Position numbers and translations under genes: made by a program
Assembly: GCA_010093995.1 (NCBI GenBank)
Contig: ML992506.1
Location: 1,037,196 to 1,101,195, forward strand
DNA from: Elsinoe ampelina
Taxonomy: Eukaryota
Length of the DNA stretch: 64,000 bases
Direction: 5' to 3'
The notes under the pieces: model-generated
What the model was told of the DNA's origin: nothing
Seen by the model: only the letters and a program-made list of their open reading frames with translations
Databases searched by the model: none
Shown: positions 11,318 through 25,742 of the stretch, one piece after another
Position numbering within the stretch: position 1 is the first letter of the stretch
Layout: every line of letters begins with the position of its first letter

Positions 11318-14300
11318 TCAGGTGTCGAACCTCCATACATCCCAGCCCACACCGCATATCATCGTCACTGTCTCGTGACCTTCTCTCCAGACATCGATGC
11401 ATGCCACGTCCGCAACAGGGGTGTACCGGTCCTCCAATCGCTTGACCTCGACTCCTTCGACTTCTGTCTGGCTGACGTCCACTGAGACCTCCCAAAGCTT
11501 GATTCGTTGATCCAGGCCAGCAGTGACGACCCGGATCTTGCCCACATCCTCACTCGCGGAGATGACTTCCAGTGCCGTCAGCGCCGCCGCATGCGCTCTT
11601 GGTATCGTGAGTGTCGATGTTGAAGATCCACCGTCTTTCAGAAGACTGATGCTGAAAGCATTGTCGTCGCCTCCAGTAAAGAGCAGATAAGTTCCATGCG
11701 TCCAAGGTAAGAGAGCCGCAGCATGTACTGCACTCTGATGAGTCTTGAACCTCTCCGTCCACCCTATCGTGCTAACACTCCCCTGCACCTCCTTGTCGCT
11801 TACCCCCAGTTGAAACAGTGCAGCATGGCCATCAGTAGCCGTCGTAAGAAACCCTCCCGACCTCCCCGGCACTTGAATAACATTCGTCAAGCAGCAAGTC
11901 AAATAGCTCCCCTCCCACGCCCTCTCCCATCTCCCCTCTCCGCCGACAGACTCATACCAATAAACCCCAACACTCGAATCAGACCTCACCATCGCAACCC
12001 TCAACCTACATCCGCCCTCGTCCGCCCTATCCACGCCCTCGACATCTCCCTCCCCTCCTCCCTCCTCTCCACACCCTTGAGAAGAAAAAGTCCCCACATC
12101 AACCCCCAACACCCTCAAATCCCCCTCCTCACTCACGAACGGACACACACTCGCACACACCACCCCGACCTCCCCCATCTCCTTGGGCAAGACCCTCACC
12201 CGCCACACGAACACCTCTTCCCGTCCCCCAGCACTAACCAGGTACCGCCCATCAGCGGACCACTTGAGATCCTGCACACCGGTGTTGTGCTTCCTCAGCG
12301 TCCGTAGGCATCTCATTTCCCGGCCGGATGGACCTGCTCGGGATGCGCCAGGCGAGAAGACGGAGAGCTTAATGTCCGTGTCTTCTGCGCCTGTGGCGAT
12401 GAGTCTGCCGATGCGAGGTAGGGGAGGGGAGGAAGCGACGGCGCGGATCTCGCGGCCGTGGGAGCCGGGGTGGATGCGCAGGGCGGTGGGGGAGGGGATG
12501 GATTGGAGGAGGGTGCGGGAGGCCGAGGTCCATGCTAGGATGCCGCTGGTGGTGTCTTGGTTTTGGGTGGGTTGTTGGGTGGTGGTGGGGGAGGGGTCAG
12601 AGGGAGCAGGGAGGAAGGCCCAGGATCGATTGGAGCCGCCGCAGGGAATGCTGGTGGTGGATGGAGAGGAGGGGGGGAGGAGGTGGAAGGATTTGCGGTG
12701 GAAGCCGGCTAGGGTGGACTCGGAATTGGGACAGGAGATGAGGAGAGCGGCTTCGGTGAGGGGAGTCGCGAGGTGGTGCAGGGTCGTCAGGGTGTGGGAG
12801 GAGGGTTCGAGGAGGTGGATGCTGGTGGAGCCGGAGCGGGATGCGAGGGTGAGATAGATACCTGATGAAAGCGGCGTAGGTAGGATGTCAGTGATTGCGT
12901 CCTCGTGGAGTAGTTGAAGGAGAAGAGGAAACGGAGTGCTGGAGGTTGCGTGATCGGTGGCGAGCGTCGTTCTGTAGAGGGCCAGATTGCCGCTGCGGAA
13001 TCCGACTGCGAGTATCATTGCCCCGTCTCCGTTCCTTGAAATGACATTGAAAGAAGAGACATGTTCGTTCTCTGGTAGGTTCAACGCTGAATGTGCGGTC
13101 TTCATCGGAGTCGTGGAGACAATCTGCACCACTTCCGCAGCCTTGTCGCCGAGTCTAGTGAGCAAGCAGATTGCTGATCCTGTGCTATCACTTGAGGGTG
13201 GGGTGCTTCTGGCAAGGACTCCAGCAGCTTTCCGCTTGCCATCTAGAACTTTAAGAAGCCCGGAATCATGAGTATAGTAGAAGAGCGATCCCGACTTGCC
13301 GGCTAAGAAAGCAGCAGACAATAAAGGTACACTCGCCATCATGGAGAAGCCAGTAAGATCAGGCTCCCGACAGATCTGCCGCCGCACCAGGGCTCTGCTA
13401 TCAACGGATTCTGCCATGTGAATTACCGATGGCAATTTGATGGTCCATATCGTACCAGAGTTCAATGCCATTAGCATCTCGCCTGAGTTCAAGAAGCTGT
13501 AGCTTCTGATATTGTCCTTTTTGGAGCAATCTTCTTTTGATACACTGAGCTTCGACTGGACGGCAAGTCCATCTCTGCTTGCAATTGCGGCATCGTGAAG
13601 AACGATGGACCCATCTCCACCACCAGTTGCCACCAAGTCTGGTCCTTCAGCGTTGGAGAAAATAGCATGCGACCATATGTGCTTCCCCGAATGACGTTCC
13701 TGCTGTCCTATGTTCTCGAGCTCGCCATGCCAGACACCTGTTGCTTCCTTGCTCAGGTTCACGAGGGTCCAAAACTGACAAGTGGCGTCTTCTCCAAAAG
13801 TGACTAGGTTGTGACCAGTGTGTTCGGATGATAGGAACTGCACGCCCCATATTCTCGACAGATGGCCCATGGCATGGGCAACTAATCCGTCTGACGTACC
13901 TGGTTCGTCGGCTGACAAATTCAAGAAGCCGGTATTGCTCTCCACTGCGGAAGCTTGACCTTGTGTCGAAGTCTGATTTTTATGGCCGTCAAGCTCACTG
14001 ACATCCCAGATCCGAACGGTACGATCATCGCTGCAGCTAGCCAGCAATCTTAAGGGGCTTCCTGTGTCGGACAGCACAGCGCCCTCACTGAAGCTCAGAC
14101 CGAATGGCGAGCCTTCATGCCCACTGAAGATTTTGTGAACTTGGATTGTGGTCCCAGATGCATTTAGATCGCCTGTCCAGACGACGACCTGCCCAAAGAT
14201 TGTGCCTGCCGCTAGAAGTACACGATCGTCCGACTCCCAACATACCTTTGCGCAATACAGCATACTGTTAGAACGGGATGTCACGCTCTCAATCCTATCG

Positions 14301-14771
14301 CTCGAAGCTGTATCGGACACGTGCAGTAGAAGAAGAGCATTGTGTGCCGTGACCAGAGCGGCTCGACAAGGTTTTTCAGAGCTCACAATTCCATCCTTTG
14401 GCGAGAATTGACCATCTAAGATCCAATCCGGACAAGCGATGGGACGTACAACCCAGTCCAGACTCAGTCTCTCATTTTCAGTGGATCCTACAACCACTCT
14501 CAGAATGGCGACATGTGAGCCACCCCATAGTAGGATGTAGGGGAAGCTGCTACCCCTTAGGCTCAGTCCATGGATCGATGTCTCATTGAACACATGTTGG
14601 GTGTGTATCAGAGCGCCTGTGTGACGATCATAAATGCTCAAGGCTGACGCTTCACCGGCAAAGAGCCAAGTGCCGGACAGGGCAAGCGCTGTGACTGGGA
14701 AGCGGCCATGCTGATTCTGCGCTACACGTTAAGCACTGTTCGATGCGCTACTGATATTGACGCACCTTCAT
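11318..14771 (-). CDS. WD40-repeat protein, WDR6/Trm734(Rtt10)-like
   Basis: 1107-aa ORF with WD repeats (GHEGS...LASCSDDRTVRIWD, GHLSRIW, HGREIR, ATGAEDT, AHAAALT). Probable ATG at 14771 with a short first intron giving MKNQHGRFPVTAL. Confidence 0.8.
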
Positions 14772-15880
14772 TGACGGTGAAATGAGATGGCAGATGAAAT
14801 TTCCACGATCGATTTTGACAACGTCCAAGCTTGGCACAACGACATGTTTCGCCTTGTCGTAGTCACCTTTCACTCCTACAACAACACTACAAATCTTCTG
14901 AATTGCCCAACGGATAGCTTCCAGAGCCGCTGAAGCGCTGTGAACCATGAAGACGGCGCAAAACAACGAACCATGACATCAAGCATGCACCAGGGCGGCG
15001 TCTTGCGGAAGGTGATAGCACAACGCCTTAACGATGACTGTTCCTGCCAGGACGATTTGGAACTACAGCCGCTGCTAATTCAGGGTAGTTCTAACGTTTT
15101 GGGAGTCGAGGCACATCCAATCCAATGCGAGGTTTCCGTGCACCATATGACAAGACTCGAAGTGATGCATCACACGTCCAGGCTTTCAAGGAAGGATCTC
15201 AGCCTCCACGACATCCCCAAACTTCATTAACAAGACAAGAAGTGCCTGCACCACACGATGTTCTCAACCAACCAACAAAGAACCCTTATAACACACCTCA
15301 TCTCCCCAAACCCCCACACAATGACATCGCAGATCCAACACCCACTCGCACATGACCCCACGCAACGGCCAACGACCGTGGTGCCGTTGATGTAAATGGA
15401 GAGATCTAAACAGTCCACCGACTATCCAACGTCGGGAGCACAAGCTGACTTCCGGAAGCGTCAAACTGCCAGCGGTTGGGGCTTTCTGAGTCAACGTAAT
15501 GTACAGTGACGGTAGATCGTACTGGTGCTTTGCTGGCCAGTCGAAACCTACACAAGTTCGTCCGCGTTGGTTGCACGTTTGACCCCACCGCCACCACGAC
15601 AGGGGTGACTTGGGTCCCCACAAGCCAAGAGAAGCAGGTAAAGGTAGGTTCGCACCGGCTGTGACCGTGAGCTGCTTGATCACCTGATCTGTGGGGGACG
15701 TGAATGTTGACCTCGCGGGGTGTCGAGCATCTGCATGTGAGACTGGTATGTATCAAAGCTCGAGGTTTCTTTTTTACCGGCCAAGCGGTGTGTGCATATC
15801 TACGTGAAAGAGTATTTACATGGAAGAGAAAGCCAGACCCACAGGGCCAGAGCGCTTCAGATCTCGTCTCGCGGGACCGC

Positions 15881-17163
15881 TTACAAGCACTGAGAGTACC
15901 AGTCGTTGATGTACTTGCAGGTAAAGGGGGACCTGCAAGTAGTGGCACCAGTCCAGCCATTGCCGCCGCACTGACCATACTGGGCCGCACCGCCGGAGGA
16001 AGAAGCGGATGTTGTAGCCGGGGGAGCAGCGGTGGTGGTCGCCGGGCGAGTGGTGGTGGCTGGAGGAGCAGTGGTGGCGGGACGAGTAGTGGTCGCGCCA
16101 CCGCCCGAAGAGGAGCCGAGAGCGCTGATGATGGCGTTGTAGGCGGCCTTGGGCTGGAAGGAAGCGTCGAAGAGGAGAGGGTTGCTGCTTGCGCGCCATG
16201 AGTCGGGGTCGCGGACGCCCCAGCTGGTGATGCCCTCGCAGTTGGACTGAGCGAGGCAGGCATTGACGACGTTGAGGTAGTCGGCGGAGGCAGCGTTGAC
16301 GATGTCCAGCTCGGTGACGGCGCAATACTTGGCGGCACCGCAGAGGGCGGCGAGGGCGCCGGCCTGGGTGGTGGAACCTGGAAATTGGGTGCCAGCCTGG
16401 AGATGGCATTGGGACCCGACACCGTCGATGGGGATGCCGGCGGCGATCCACTTCTTCACGTAGGTGACGAAGCCTTGGGTCTTGGCGTAGGAGGCGCTGT
16501 CGAGGTTGTAGTCGTTGATGTAGAGGATGGCGTTGGGGTCGGCCTTGCGCGCGGTCTCGAAGGCAATGCGGAAGTAGTCCTCACCAAGGACTTGGAGCCA
16601 GTGGCTGTTTCGGAGAGTGCCGTCCTCATTGAAGGCCTCGTTGACGACGTCCTGAGGAGTGGTCAGATGTCTTCAGGTTTGTGTCAGTGGTGACTTACCC
16701 AAGCGTGGATCTTGCCCTTGTAGCGACCCATGAGAGTGTTGATATGGTTAGTAAGGACACTGGTCAAGGTGGTCTTGTCAGTGATGGCGGTGACCCATGA
16801 TGGCAGCTGTGAGTGCCAGACCAAAGTGTGCCCACGGATGAGGAAATTGTTGGTAGTGGCGAAGTTGACAAGATAGTCAGAGCCCTGGAAGTTGAAGGTA
16901 CCACGCGATGGTTCGGTGGCATCCCACTTCATGGAGTTCTCAGGGGTGACCTGACCGAAGACAGACTTGGTGAGGGCGTTGCCTTGAGCATTTCCGAGAG
17001 TGCCAGAGTCGGCAGCGGTACCCCAGTAGGTCTTGCCCTTTGCCTTGAAGGCAGCGTTGATGCTAGCGACGGTCTGACGCTCTTGCAGGCGCGCGTCTGG
17101 GACGGCGGCAGCAGAGGCCAAGCTGATCAGCGAGACGGCGGCAACAGATTGTGTGAAGAGCAT
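15881..17163 (-). CDS. Secreted GH10 endo-1,4-beta-xylanase with C-terminal CBM1
   Basis: Signal peptide; [31 protein letters not shown] (formed across intron 16698-16652), TELDI; Thr/Pro linker; CBM1 [16 protein letters not shown]...WYSQCL. Confidence 0.96.
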
Positions 17164-17291
17164 CTTGGCGATCGACTGACAAGCTTTGGTGTAGGATGGA
17201 GTTGAGGTGTTAATACATCAGGGCGCACCTACCAGACGATATATACTTGGCTTGCCCGGGAGTCTGGATGTATTCTCACCCTCATCGTCAC

Positions 17292-17297
17292 GGCTAA
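17292..17297. promoter_or_regulatory. Candidate XlnR site GGCTAA upstream of the xylanase
   Basis: Matches the XlnR consensus ~130 bp upstream of the ATG, near a TATATA at ~17240. A 6-mer can occur by chance. Confidence 0.45.
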
Positions 17298-19034
17298 TTT
17301 GTGACATGACAAGTGACACGAACTCGCGAAGGACTTTGCTGCAAGCCCAAAAGTATGCTGCATGCGGACTGCTCGCGGGTGAATTGTCCAGAGGTGTCGT
17401 TAAATGAGCAATCAGGCGGAGGTGGATATCTGAAACGGAGCTAGAACGGAACGTGGCTGATTATCCGGGGCCACGACCGAATACAGTTTCAGGGCAGCGC
17501 CTGCTATAGCAGGCGTGGACGGAAAAAAGTTTCTGCAGGGTCGAAGGTGAGGTATAGAAGATGTACTGGCCTAGCGTATTGATCTGTCCGATCCTAGGCG
17601 ATCAAGCGAGGCTGATAGGACCTGCCAATTGGATGCCCGTATGGTCTATACCGAAGCAAGAAGTCGCGTGCGACTTGGGCGTGGATCTTCATGCACATCT
17701 CTTCGCCGTCGACGCTTGAAAGGCAGCAGGGACTGTTCGCAGCAGTCTGCCCTCATTTGGTTTCTCGAAAAATCACGCGGTCGTCCTCGTTGGTATGCAG
17801 CCGGCTATACCTATGGTATGATCCCGGTTGATCAGGACAATAGGCTGGCTGTGAAGCTTCAAACACTTGGAAATATCAAATCACCCATTCCTCGCACCGT
17901 CAAGGCTGAATTCGGGAGATGGCAAGATGCACGCTGGAGCGAAAGTACCACTGCAGACTCAGCAAGGCCTGGAGTCCGAGAAGCAGGGAACCACCAGAAT
18001 CCTTTTTGAGGTGTCCGACACCCAACGCCAAACACTGACGGCGTACGAGCACAGGACCACACGAATGCACCTGTGCTACATTGTAGTTGCCGCCGTAGGT
18101 CGAACATTGTAGGGCAACTAATAGACGCGTCCTCTGCTGACATGTGCGTGCCACGACCATGGGCCATGAGCCTCGGGCCAGAGAGTGGAAATGCAGAGTC
18201 TTCATCGAGCCATGGATTCCAGAGGTCCAGATTTGCTGCTCGACGGGGCTACGTCCGTGACCTGCAGCAAGTGACCTGGCACGCAGGACTTGGTCTCTTA
18301 TCGAGCATGTGGCACGGCGAAGATGAGCAATCAAACCAAAGCGGTCCGGTACACTGCTAAGCCTTCAACGAACCCCAACGTGTCGCCGCTGGACCTGTCT
18401 CTCCCACTTGTGTCTGGTATAGAGACAAGTCCTGGAGGGCAGCAGGACGTTGTATCGTCAAATGACAAGGCACTGATTCATGAACGATCTGTCTTCACGT
18501 CGAACACAACGCGTTACCAGATGCGAAGAACCGGTCATAGCTGGCAGGCAGCGAGTCCGAGCACAGGCCAACGGCACATTCAATAATAAAGGGCTCAAGT
18601 CGTGGGGTTTTGGCAGTGAGTTGGTCCAGCGGCGTTCCAGACGTTCACGACCGGCTCTCAACCCTTGAACAGATCTGCGACAAAACCGACCCAAGCCTTC
18701 CAAGCCGCTTCAGGGGGTCCCACATTGTGTGGAGGCCCCACCCCTGTACGCGGGGAGCAACGGCATTTACAGGGAACCCAACGAAAACTATCTGCCACCG
18801 GCGCAGGAACTGGTGAACCGCTGGCCACAGAGTGCCCCAGGTTCGTTCGCATTGGGTCGTCGGGCCAAGTTGAAACGGCTACAACGCCGAAAGGTACTTA
18901 CCGGATGGGCGCCGGTGATATATTGCCCTTGAATCGTCCACCTCAAGAGATCTTCAGGCCTTCGTGTTTTCGCATCTCTACACATCAGAGTTCATCACTT
19001 TGCCTGTCCTCGAACATTGAATAGGACCGTCAAG

Positions 19035-20774
19035 ATGACTGCTGGCCACCTCGTACACAGGTAAGCACGTCTAACGCCGTTTCCCGACTCGAGCTTGCCA
19101 CTGACACTACAACAGTCACGCCCATGAGGGTGACCTTCCCGGCACCGTCGACCTTCGCGCTGTCGAGGGCGACGACACTGGCTACGGACAGGCTCTGTGG
19201 CCAGTACCTGCGGACGACCCGAACGATCCCCTCCAGTGGGCGTCGGGGAAGAAGCTCGGTATTCTGATCATCTGCTCGCTCTACTCCTTCCTTGGATGTG
19301 CTGCTCTTCTTGGTCCTGCCGTATACATCGGCCTCTTCGCCCAGGAGTTCAATATCTCCCCAACAGTTGCCTCTGGACTCGTCTCCTACCCTAACTTGAT
19401 TTATGGCTTCGGCTCTCTCCTCCTGGTCCCTTGCTACCTCAAGTTCGGTAGGCGACCGGTCATGCTCGGCTCGATGCTCTGCGTATGTACTTCCATCAAA
19501 CGGGTTGCTCGCTTGGGCTAATATCATCAACAGTATGTTGTTGGACTCATCTGGTGCTCCCAGGCCAAGTCCTACGGCAGCTTGATGGCTGCTCGCATCA
19601 TCGCAGCGTTCGGCAGCGGTGTCTGCGAGGCTCTTCCCGTCCAGCTGGTCAACGACATTTACTTCCTGCACGAGCGCGGAAAGCGTCTTGGTTGGTACAC
19701 TATCTGTCTTTGCTGGGGTTCCACTGGCCCTCTTTACGCCGGATACATGCTCGGTGCTGGACTCGGCTGGAGGCTGTACTTCTACGTCCTCATTGCTTTC
19801 TCGGGAGCTCTCATGATCGCAGCCTTCTTCATTTGCGAGGAGTCTTCTTACAAGCGCAAGATCATTTCTTCCCCCAGCAACTCCGCGGTAGCCCTGGAGA
19901 AAGAGCCTCATGAGACGGCCGTGGAAACACTTGTCCCTGCTCGTCACACGTACATGCAGACTCTCAAGCCATGGAGTGGTATCGATCACGAAGCCGAGTT
20001 TTTCATGACCATGATTCGATCTTTCACCTACTTCTTCGTCCCCGCCGTCTTCTGGGTCATTGCCTCGTTCGGTATCTACATCGGTCTCGGTGCCCTCACT
20101 TTCAACTATACCTTCCCGCTCAAGATTGTCCAGCCACCATACAACTGGAACCCAGTCAACTCGGGTCTGATCGCTCTGGGCAACATCATCGGATATGCCC
20201 TTGCCATTCCGTTCACGTCCAGCTCTGACCGTCTTGCTGCGTATCTCACCAAGAAGAATGGTGGTATTCGCGAGGCCGAGCACCGTCTCGGTGTCATGCT
20301 TCCAGCCATGGTCATCGGACCTGCTGGTCTTATCCTTTACGGCTACAGCGCACAGAATAACTTGCACTGGATCGGGTACTTTGTCGGTGTCGCCATGGTC
20401 GATTGGGCATCTTACTTCTACTTCACCTTTGCTCTCGCCTATGCAATTGACTCTCAGACCGCCAACACTTCTGAGATGCTCATCGCCATGAACCTGGGCA
20501 AGCAGGCCATTTCCTTCGGCATGGGGTAAGTCTAAACCTTGGAAATCCTGTGACACGAACAGAATGCTAACTTGGATTCAGTATCTATCTCCTCGATTGG
20601 ATTCTCAGCCTCGGATATGTCACCGTCATTGCTGGTATCTTCACCGGCGTATTGGTCGCCAACAACTTCTCACTCCTCATCTTCATGTGGAAGGGCAAGT
20701 CGATCAGGCGTGTGTTCCACAACAGCTGGCTCGCCAGGATCCATGCGAAGAACGCTACTGGTGACATCCACTAG
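19035..20774 (+). CDS. MFS transporter (DHA1/HOL1-like)
   Basis: Spliced model with 3 introns; DDPNDPLQW, KFGRRPV, DIYFLHERG, EAEHRL motifs; multiple TM helices. Confidence 0.9.
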
Positions 20775-23241
20775 ACGGAGAAGAAGATGTGCATTATATT
20801 GGAGTTTGTATATACCTCTGTGGACAGGCCATAATATTTATGCCTTCCACGCTGAATAAAGGTCTTTTCTGCCATTACACCCTTTGAAAACATCTCGTGT
20901 GCGTGGAAGCCGATGTCTCTTACTTCTGCCTTTGACAAAGTCTCTCCCTGGATGCTTACGCACAGGTGACTTGGTCGCAACACCGACTCCTGACTGGTGC
21001 ATGTCAGGATTCATAGACGTTACGCCATTCCTGATGTCTACACAGCATGTGGCAGCTGTCTCGCGGCAACATTACCCAATCCAGCTCATCAACGACGTAC
21101 TATACATAGGGTTCCCACACGTGGTGCGTAATGCTCTAGTATGCACGTCGAATAGCCGTAGCAACCTCGGGCCTGGGTTATCCCAAACCACGTTGCCGGC
21201 AACCTTGTTCACCCCTTCCCCATCCACAAGATACCACAAATGCGGATGCCCCAGACACTCCCACCTGGGGCCCCAGGAGTTCGATCGATGGTAGAGAAAG
21301 TCCGTGAAACTCTGTTTAGCGGTGAAGGAGAACATGTCCCACCACAAAACCAGATTGTGAACCAGTTCTGATCTCGCGGTATACGGAGAGCCGCATGAAT
21401 GCCGATCTGGAGATGCAGACGCCAGACGGTCCTTTTCAAACGCACACACAAACGGGTGGGGCACATTGCCTCTTCTGCGGTGTGCGGGTGTGGTGAATGG
21501 AGATGAGGCTTCCACGCGACACACTCTCGACGAATCCTTCCCAGTCTTGCTTTCCCCACGTCGGACCCGGGCCTTGATCATGAGAGTTCAGCTGCCAGCT
21601 CCTCCTCCTCCACACGAGAAGATCCACACACTTCTCTGTCACAATCATCGCGAGACATGCTGCCCTAAGTTACCTGATGATGACCACAACATCGAGAGCA
21701 AGCTCTTCTGGCCCTTGGATTCGTAATGTCCATCACACACCGGCTTTTCCAAGACGGCCTCGTCCCCCCCAGTCCCCGACGCGTTCCTCAGCGCCGCGAG
21801 CCCTAAGAAGGCCACGGCGGCGCGGCGAAAGGCAAAAAAGAAGGACTCGACGAGACGTGTCGAAGTGGGGCGGACTACTGGTTGATCACCCTGTGACACC
21901 CTCGTGCCCTGGCCAGGGCTCGTCTGATCACCGCCTGGAGCCAGCTCTTCCCCTCTCGCCGTGCCACAGGGTTTCCACTCGGAGCTGTGCTTCGCGTCCA
22001 GCTTCGTCTGCTTCCTCGCTCGCCTGACCCAGCCGCCACCGTCCTCCAACTTTCCCAAGCTACAAACTCCGGGGCGGGAGAGGCTTGTTATTGCCAACGG
22101 GGACGGCACACGGAGAATTCACCCTCACCCTCCTCGTGCTCGACTTTCCGCCAGGAGAAAGGACGCTGGGGAAAGGTCTTGGAAGCGGAGGATCTGTGTC
22201 TTGCTGAGACGGAGCTTTTCTGTCGTTCTGCCTTCTTGGAGGCTCTGTCGATGTCCGTCTATTTTTGCGCACGTTCACGATTGTCCGCTTGCGTTCCCGA
22301 CTGGTTTTAGAGTGCAATCTATGCTAGCTTGCATATCAGTGCTGTTCTGGGGTTCGTAAGCTATACATTGGTGTCTACAGTACGAGACGATCTGTCACTT
22401 TGAAGTCTAAACAGATGTCGACGCAGCTTGGCCATTTAACCGGACTGCCATGGGGCATGCGTCTACTGCTTCACAACTGAGCAAAAGCCGTCCGATGTGG
22501 GCGGACGGCGTTTGATCTCGCCTTTGTGGTCACTCGACACTGCTCGGCCGACAGGATGGGATGCCCCGGACTTCCCCACCTCCTCAGCAAACACCTCCTT
22601 GAACCCTTATCGAGTCTCGGGTGGCGGGTGAAATGAAGCGTTTCAGCGGACAAAGGCTCGTCTTAGCTAAAGTCAAGCTCGTCGAGGTGACAGGCATTGC
22701 AGACTGCATGTTGCTGTCGATACACGGCCCTTGATGAAGCCATATCAAACGTTGTGAGACGACTTGCTTTGGTGCAATTACCACCAAGTCCTTCATGGCC
22801 CAAGCGGGCAGTCTGGCGCCGCTCCTCAATCTCCTCAGGCCCAGCGCCGCCCCCCGGTGGACACCCGAAGCGACCATGTCTCGACAACAGCCAATTCCCC
22901 GCGCCAAGGGTCCCCCGGTCTTGCCAATGCTCACCATACCATATCCGGGCCTCACCACGCGCTTGACTGATCGGCGAGGCCAATCAGGCTCAATGCCCAC
23001 CATCGTCTGCGCGGGAGTGGCATTTCTTGAAGAATTATTCCGTCTTGTCCATGGAGAAATCCACCCGTCTTGTGTCGCCAACGGCCCTGGCATCTATAAT
23101 ATCTGCATCGACGCTACGACTTTCTATACTTTCTTGTCGATCACGATCAGGTCGCTTCTCACTTGACCGACAGCGAGGTAGACTCCCGAGCAGTAACACC
23201 ACAACACACTCAGAGGGGTCCGACTCGACAATACCGCAGCC

Positions 23242-25004
23242 ATGGGTTTCCTCAACAAGGTCGTCAAGAACGACGCCATGAAGTCTGATCCCAAGGAGAT
23301 CTATGGATGGAGGGTCTTTGCTCTCACCGCGTCTGCCTGTTTCGGTGGTGCGACCTTTGGTATCGATATCGGTATGTCCTGGCTTTCTTCGTCGAGCGAC
23401 CGAGTACTGACGAGGCATAGGTATCATCGGTGGCGTGCTCACTCTTCCTACCTTTGAGAGGGACTACAAGCTTCCCTCCACCAAGGATGACCCAGTCGGC
23501 CGTGCCAACTTGTCCGCCAACATCGTCTCTACCCTCCAAGTCGGTTGCTTTGTCGGTGCCATCTTCGCTTCCTGGGTTGCCGACAAGCTCGGCCGTCGTC
23601 TTGCCATGCTCATCGCCGCCTCTGTTGTCATCGTTGGCTGCGTCTTCCAAGCTGCTGCTTCTGGTCAACTCCCCGTCATGTTCATTGGTCGTTTCATCGC
23701 TGGTCTGGGCGTAGGAGCTGCATCGGTCATCACACCGCTATACGTTACTGAGAACGCGCCCCGTGCTATCCGTGGTGGTTTGACTGGTATTTACCAGCTC
23801 TTCATCGCCACTGGTACCATGTTGGCATTCTGGACGAATTATGGCGCTATCCTTCACTTGAAGGGCACATCCATGTACAGTAAGTCATCATCTCAATTGC
23901 TGCGACCGTCCAGTACTGACACATTTTTCAGTCTTCCCGCTCATCTCCCAGGCTTTCCCCGCTGTCACCCTCTTCATCTGCATGTTCTTCTGCAAGGAAT
24001 CACCAAGATGGCTCGCAAAGGCCGACCGATGGGAAGATGCCGAGAAAGTCCTCACCAATCTCCGTCAACTCCCCGCCGACCACCCATACATCCGCAACGA
24101 GCTCGGTGAGATCAGGGAACAGCTCGAGCACGAAAGACGCTTGGTCGGTGGTGCCTCCTTCATGGATCTCCAGAGGGAAATGTGGCTCATTCCTGGCAAT
24201 CGCAAGCGTGCACTCATCTCCGTCGGCCTGATGATCTGCCAACAGATGACCGGTACCAATGCCATCAATTGTGAGTATATATGCCCAAACCGATTGGAAC
24301 ATGGCTGACTTGAGACAGACTATGCTCCTCAGATCTTCAGGAACCTTGGTCTCAACTCGTCCGAGTCTGGTCTCTTTGCCACTGGTATCTACGGTGTCGT
24401 CAAGATGGTCGCCTGCGCATCCTTCCTCGTTTTCTGCGCCGACTCCCTCGGACGTCGCAGGTCGCTCCTCTGGACCTCAATCGCCCAGGGTTGCTGCATG
24501 TTCTACGTCGGCATCTTCGTCCGCGTTTCTCCTCCCAAGACTGGTCAGCCAGTGCCTCCTGCTGGCTACTTCGCTCTGGTCTGCATTTTCCTGTTCGCCG
24601 CCTTCTTCCAGTTTGGTTGGGGCCCTTGCTGCTGGATCTACGTCTCTGAGATCCCTGCCGCCCGTCTGCGATCCATGAACGTCGCCCTTGCCTCTGCCAC
24701 CCAGTGGCTCTTCAACCTGGTCGTCGCCCGCGCCACCCCCAACATGCTCGCCACCGTTGGTAATGGTGGATATGGTGCCTTCCTTATCTATGGCTCGTTT
24801 TGTTTCTCCATGTTCTTCTTCGTCTGGTTCCTCATCCCAGAGACCAAGGGTCTGTCGCTCGAACACATGGACGACCTGTTCGGTATCACCGAGCTCATCA
24901 AGAACATGGACGCCGACCGCGAGTCCGTCGGTGGCTCTTCGACCGAGAAGAACAACGGCAACGTCGAGGTCATCGAGGCCGCTGCCGCCCACGAGAAGAA
25001 GTAG
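23242..25004 (+). CDS. Sugar porter family MFS; quinate-permease/galacturonate transporter (GAT-1/GatA)-like
   Basis: [37 protein letters not shown] and PETKG motifs; 3 introns. N-terminus [19 protein letters not shown] resembles galacturonate transporters, from memory only. Confidence 0.88.
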
Positions 25005-25333
25005 ATGTAGATACCACACTCTTGTCACGGTCGTTGTGTTTTGCCTGCGTACTCTCTTGGCAGATATATACCTCTGTTCCAGACCCTCTTGGTATCACGG
25101 ATCAGTGCCACCAGAGGCGTCGAATAGTTTAATATATACCACTGCTCGAATCATGAATAATTTCCCACCGTACCACAGTTCCCTCTCCGTGCCTATTTCG
25201 TCTTCCAATACCCATTCTACCTTCCCCTTTGATCCATTCCGTGTACCGACATGGCAAGATTCCGTGCAGATAATCTATCCTTCTGTTCTAGAATTGGCTT
25301 TTCCCGGCTGTTTTGGGGCGCCACACAAACGCC

Positions 25334-25342
25334 GCACGTGGG
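25334..25342. promoter_or_regulatory. Candidate Pho4/NUC-1 phosphate-starvation element GCACGTGGG
   Basis: Extended CACGTG E-box ~400 bp upstream of the phytase start. Confidence 0.5.
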
Positions 25343-25742
25343 ACAGACGACCTCCATTCATGGATCGATTGGCAGAATTTGCAGTCCGCACTACCACAAA
25401 CCATTTTATTCTCGAGCCACCGGTGCATGGGTAGTCCCTCGGTAGACACCTCTCATCGCCGGACCTGGGCGACGTATATTGCGTCCACACTACGCGAAAC
25501 GCCACGGAACCCGCCACCCGACGGTCTGGGTCCCCCCTGCACCAAGCACGAGCAAGCTCGGGCAAGCATAGTTAAGCTCGAGGATAGATTGGCACGGCGC
25601 AGGCTGGACGGGCACGAGATCTGCGTCTGCCTTGATTTTGGGGGTCTTGTGTCACGGAGACGAGGCTATTTGGGGGAGGCAAATAGAGTGCAAGCGAGGA
25701 GGGCGCCGGGCCCAGATGGGGAGGGTTGGCCAATGATACTGG

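Noticed and set aside
19030..20556. 508-aa antisense ORF over the MFS gene
   Set aside because: Shadow ORF expected from the sense gene's C-ending codon bias; no recognisable motifs.
20800..23200. Several 100-170-aa ORFs in the long intergenic region
   Set aside because: No motifs, coherent splice model or coding-like bias; treated as promoter/UTR.
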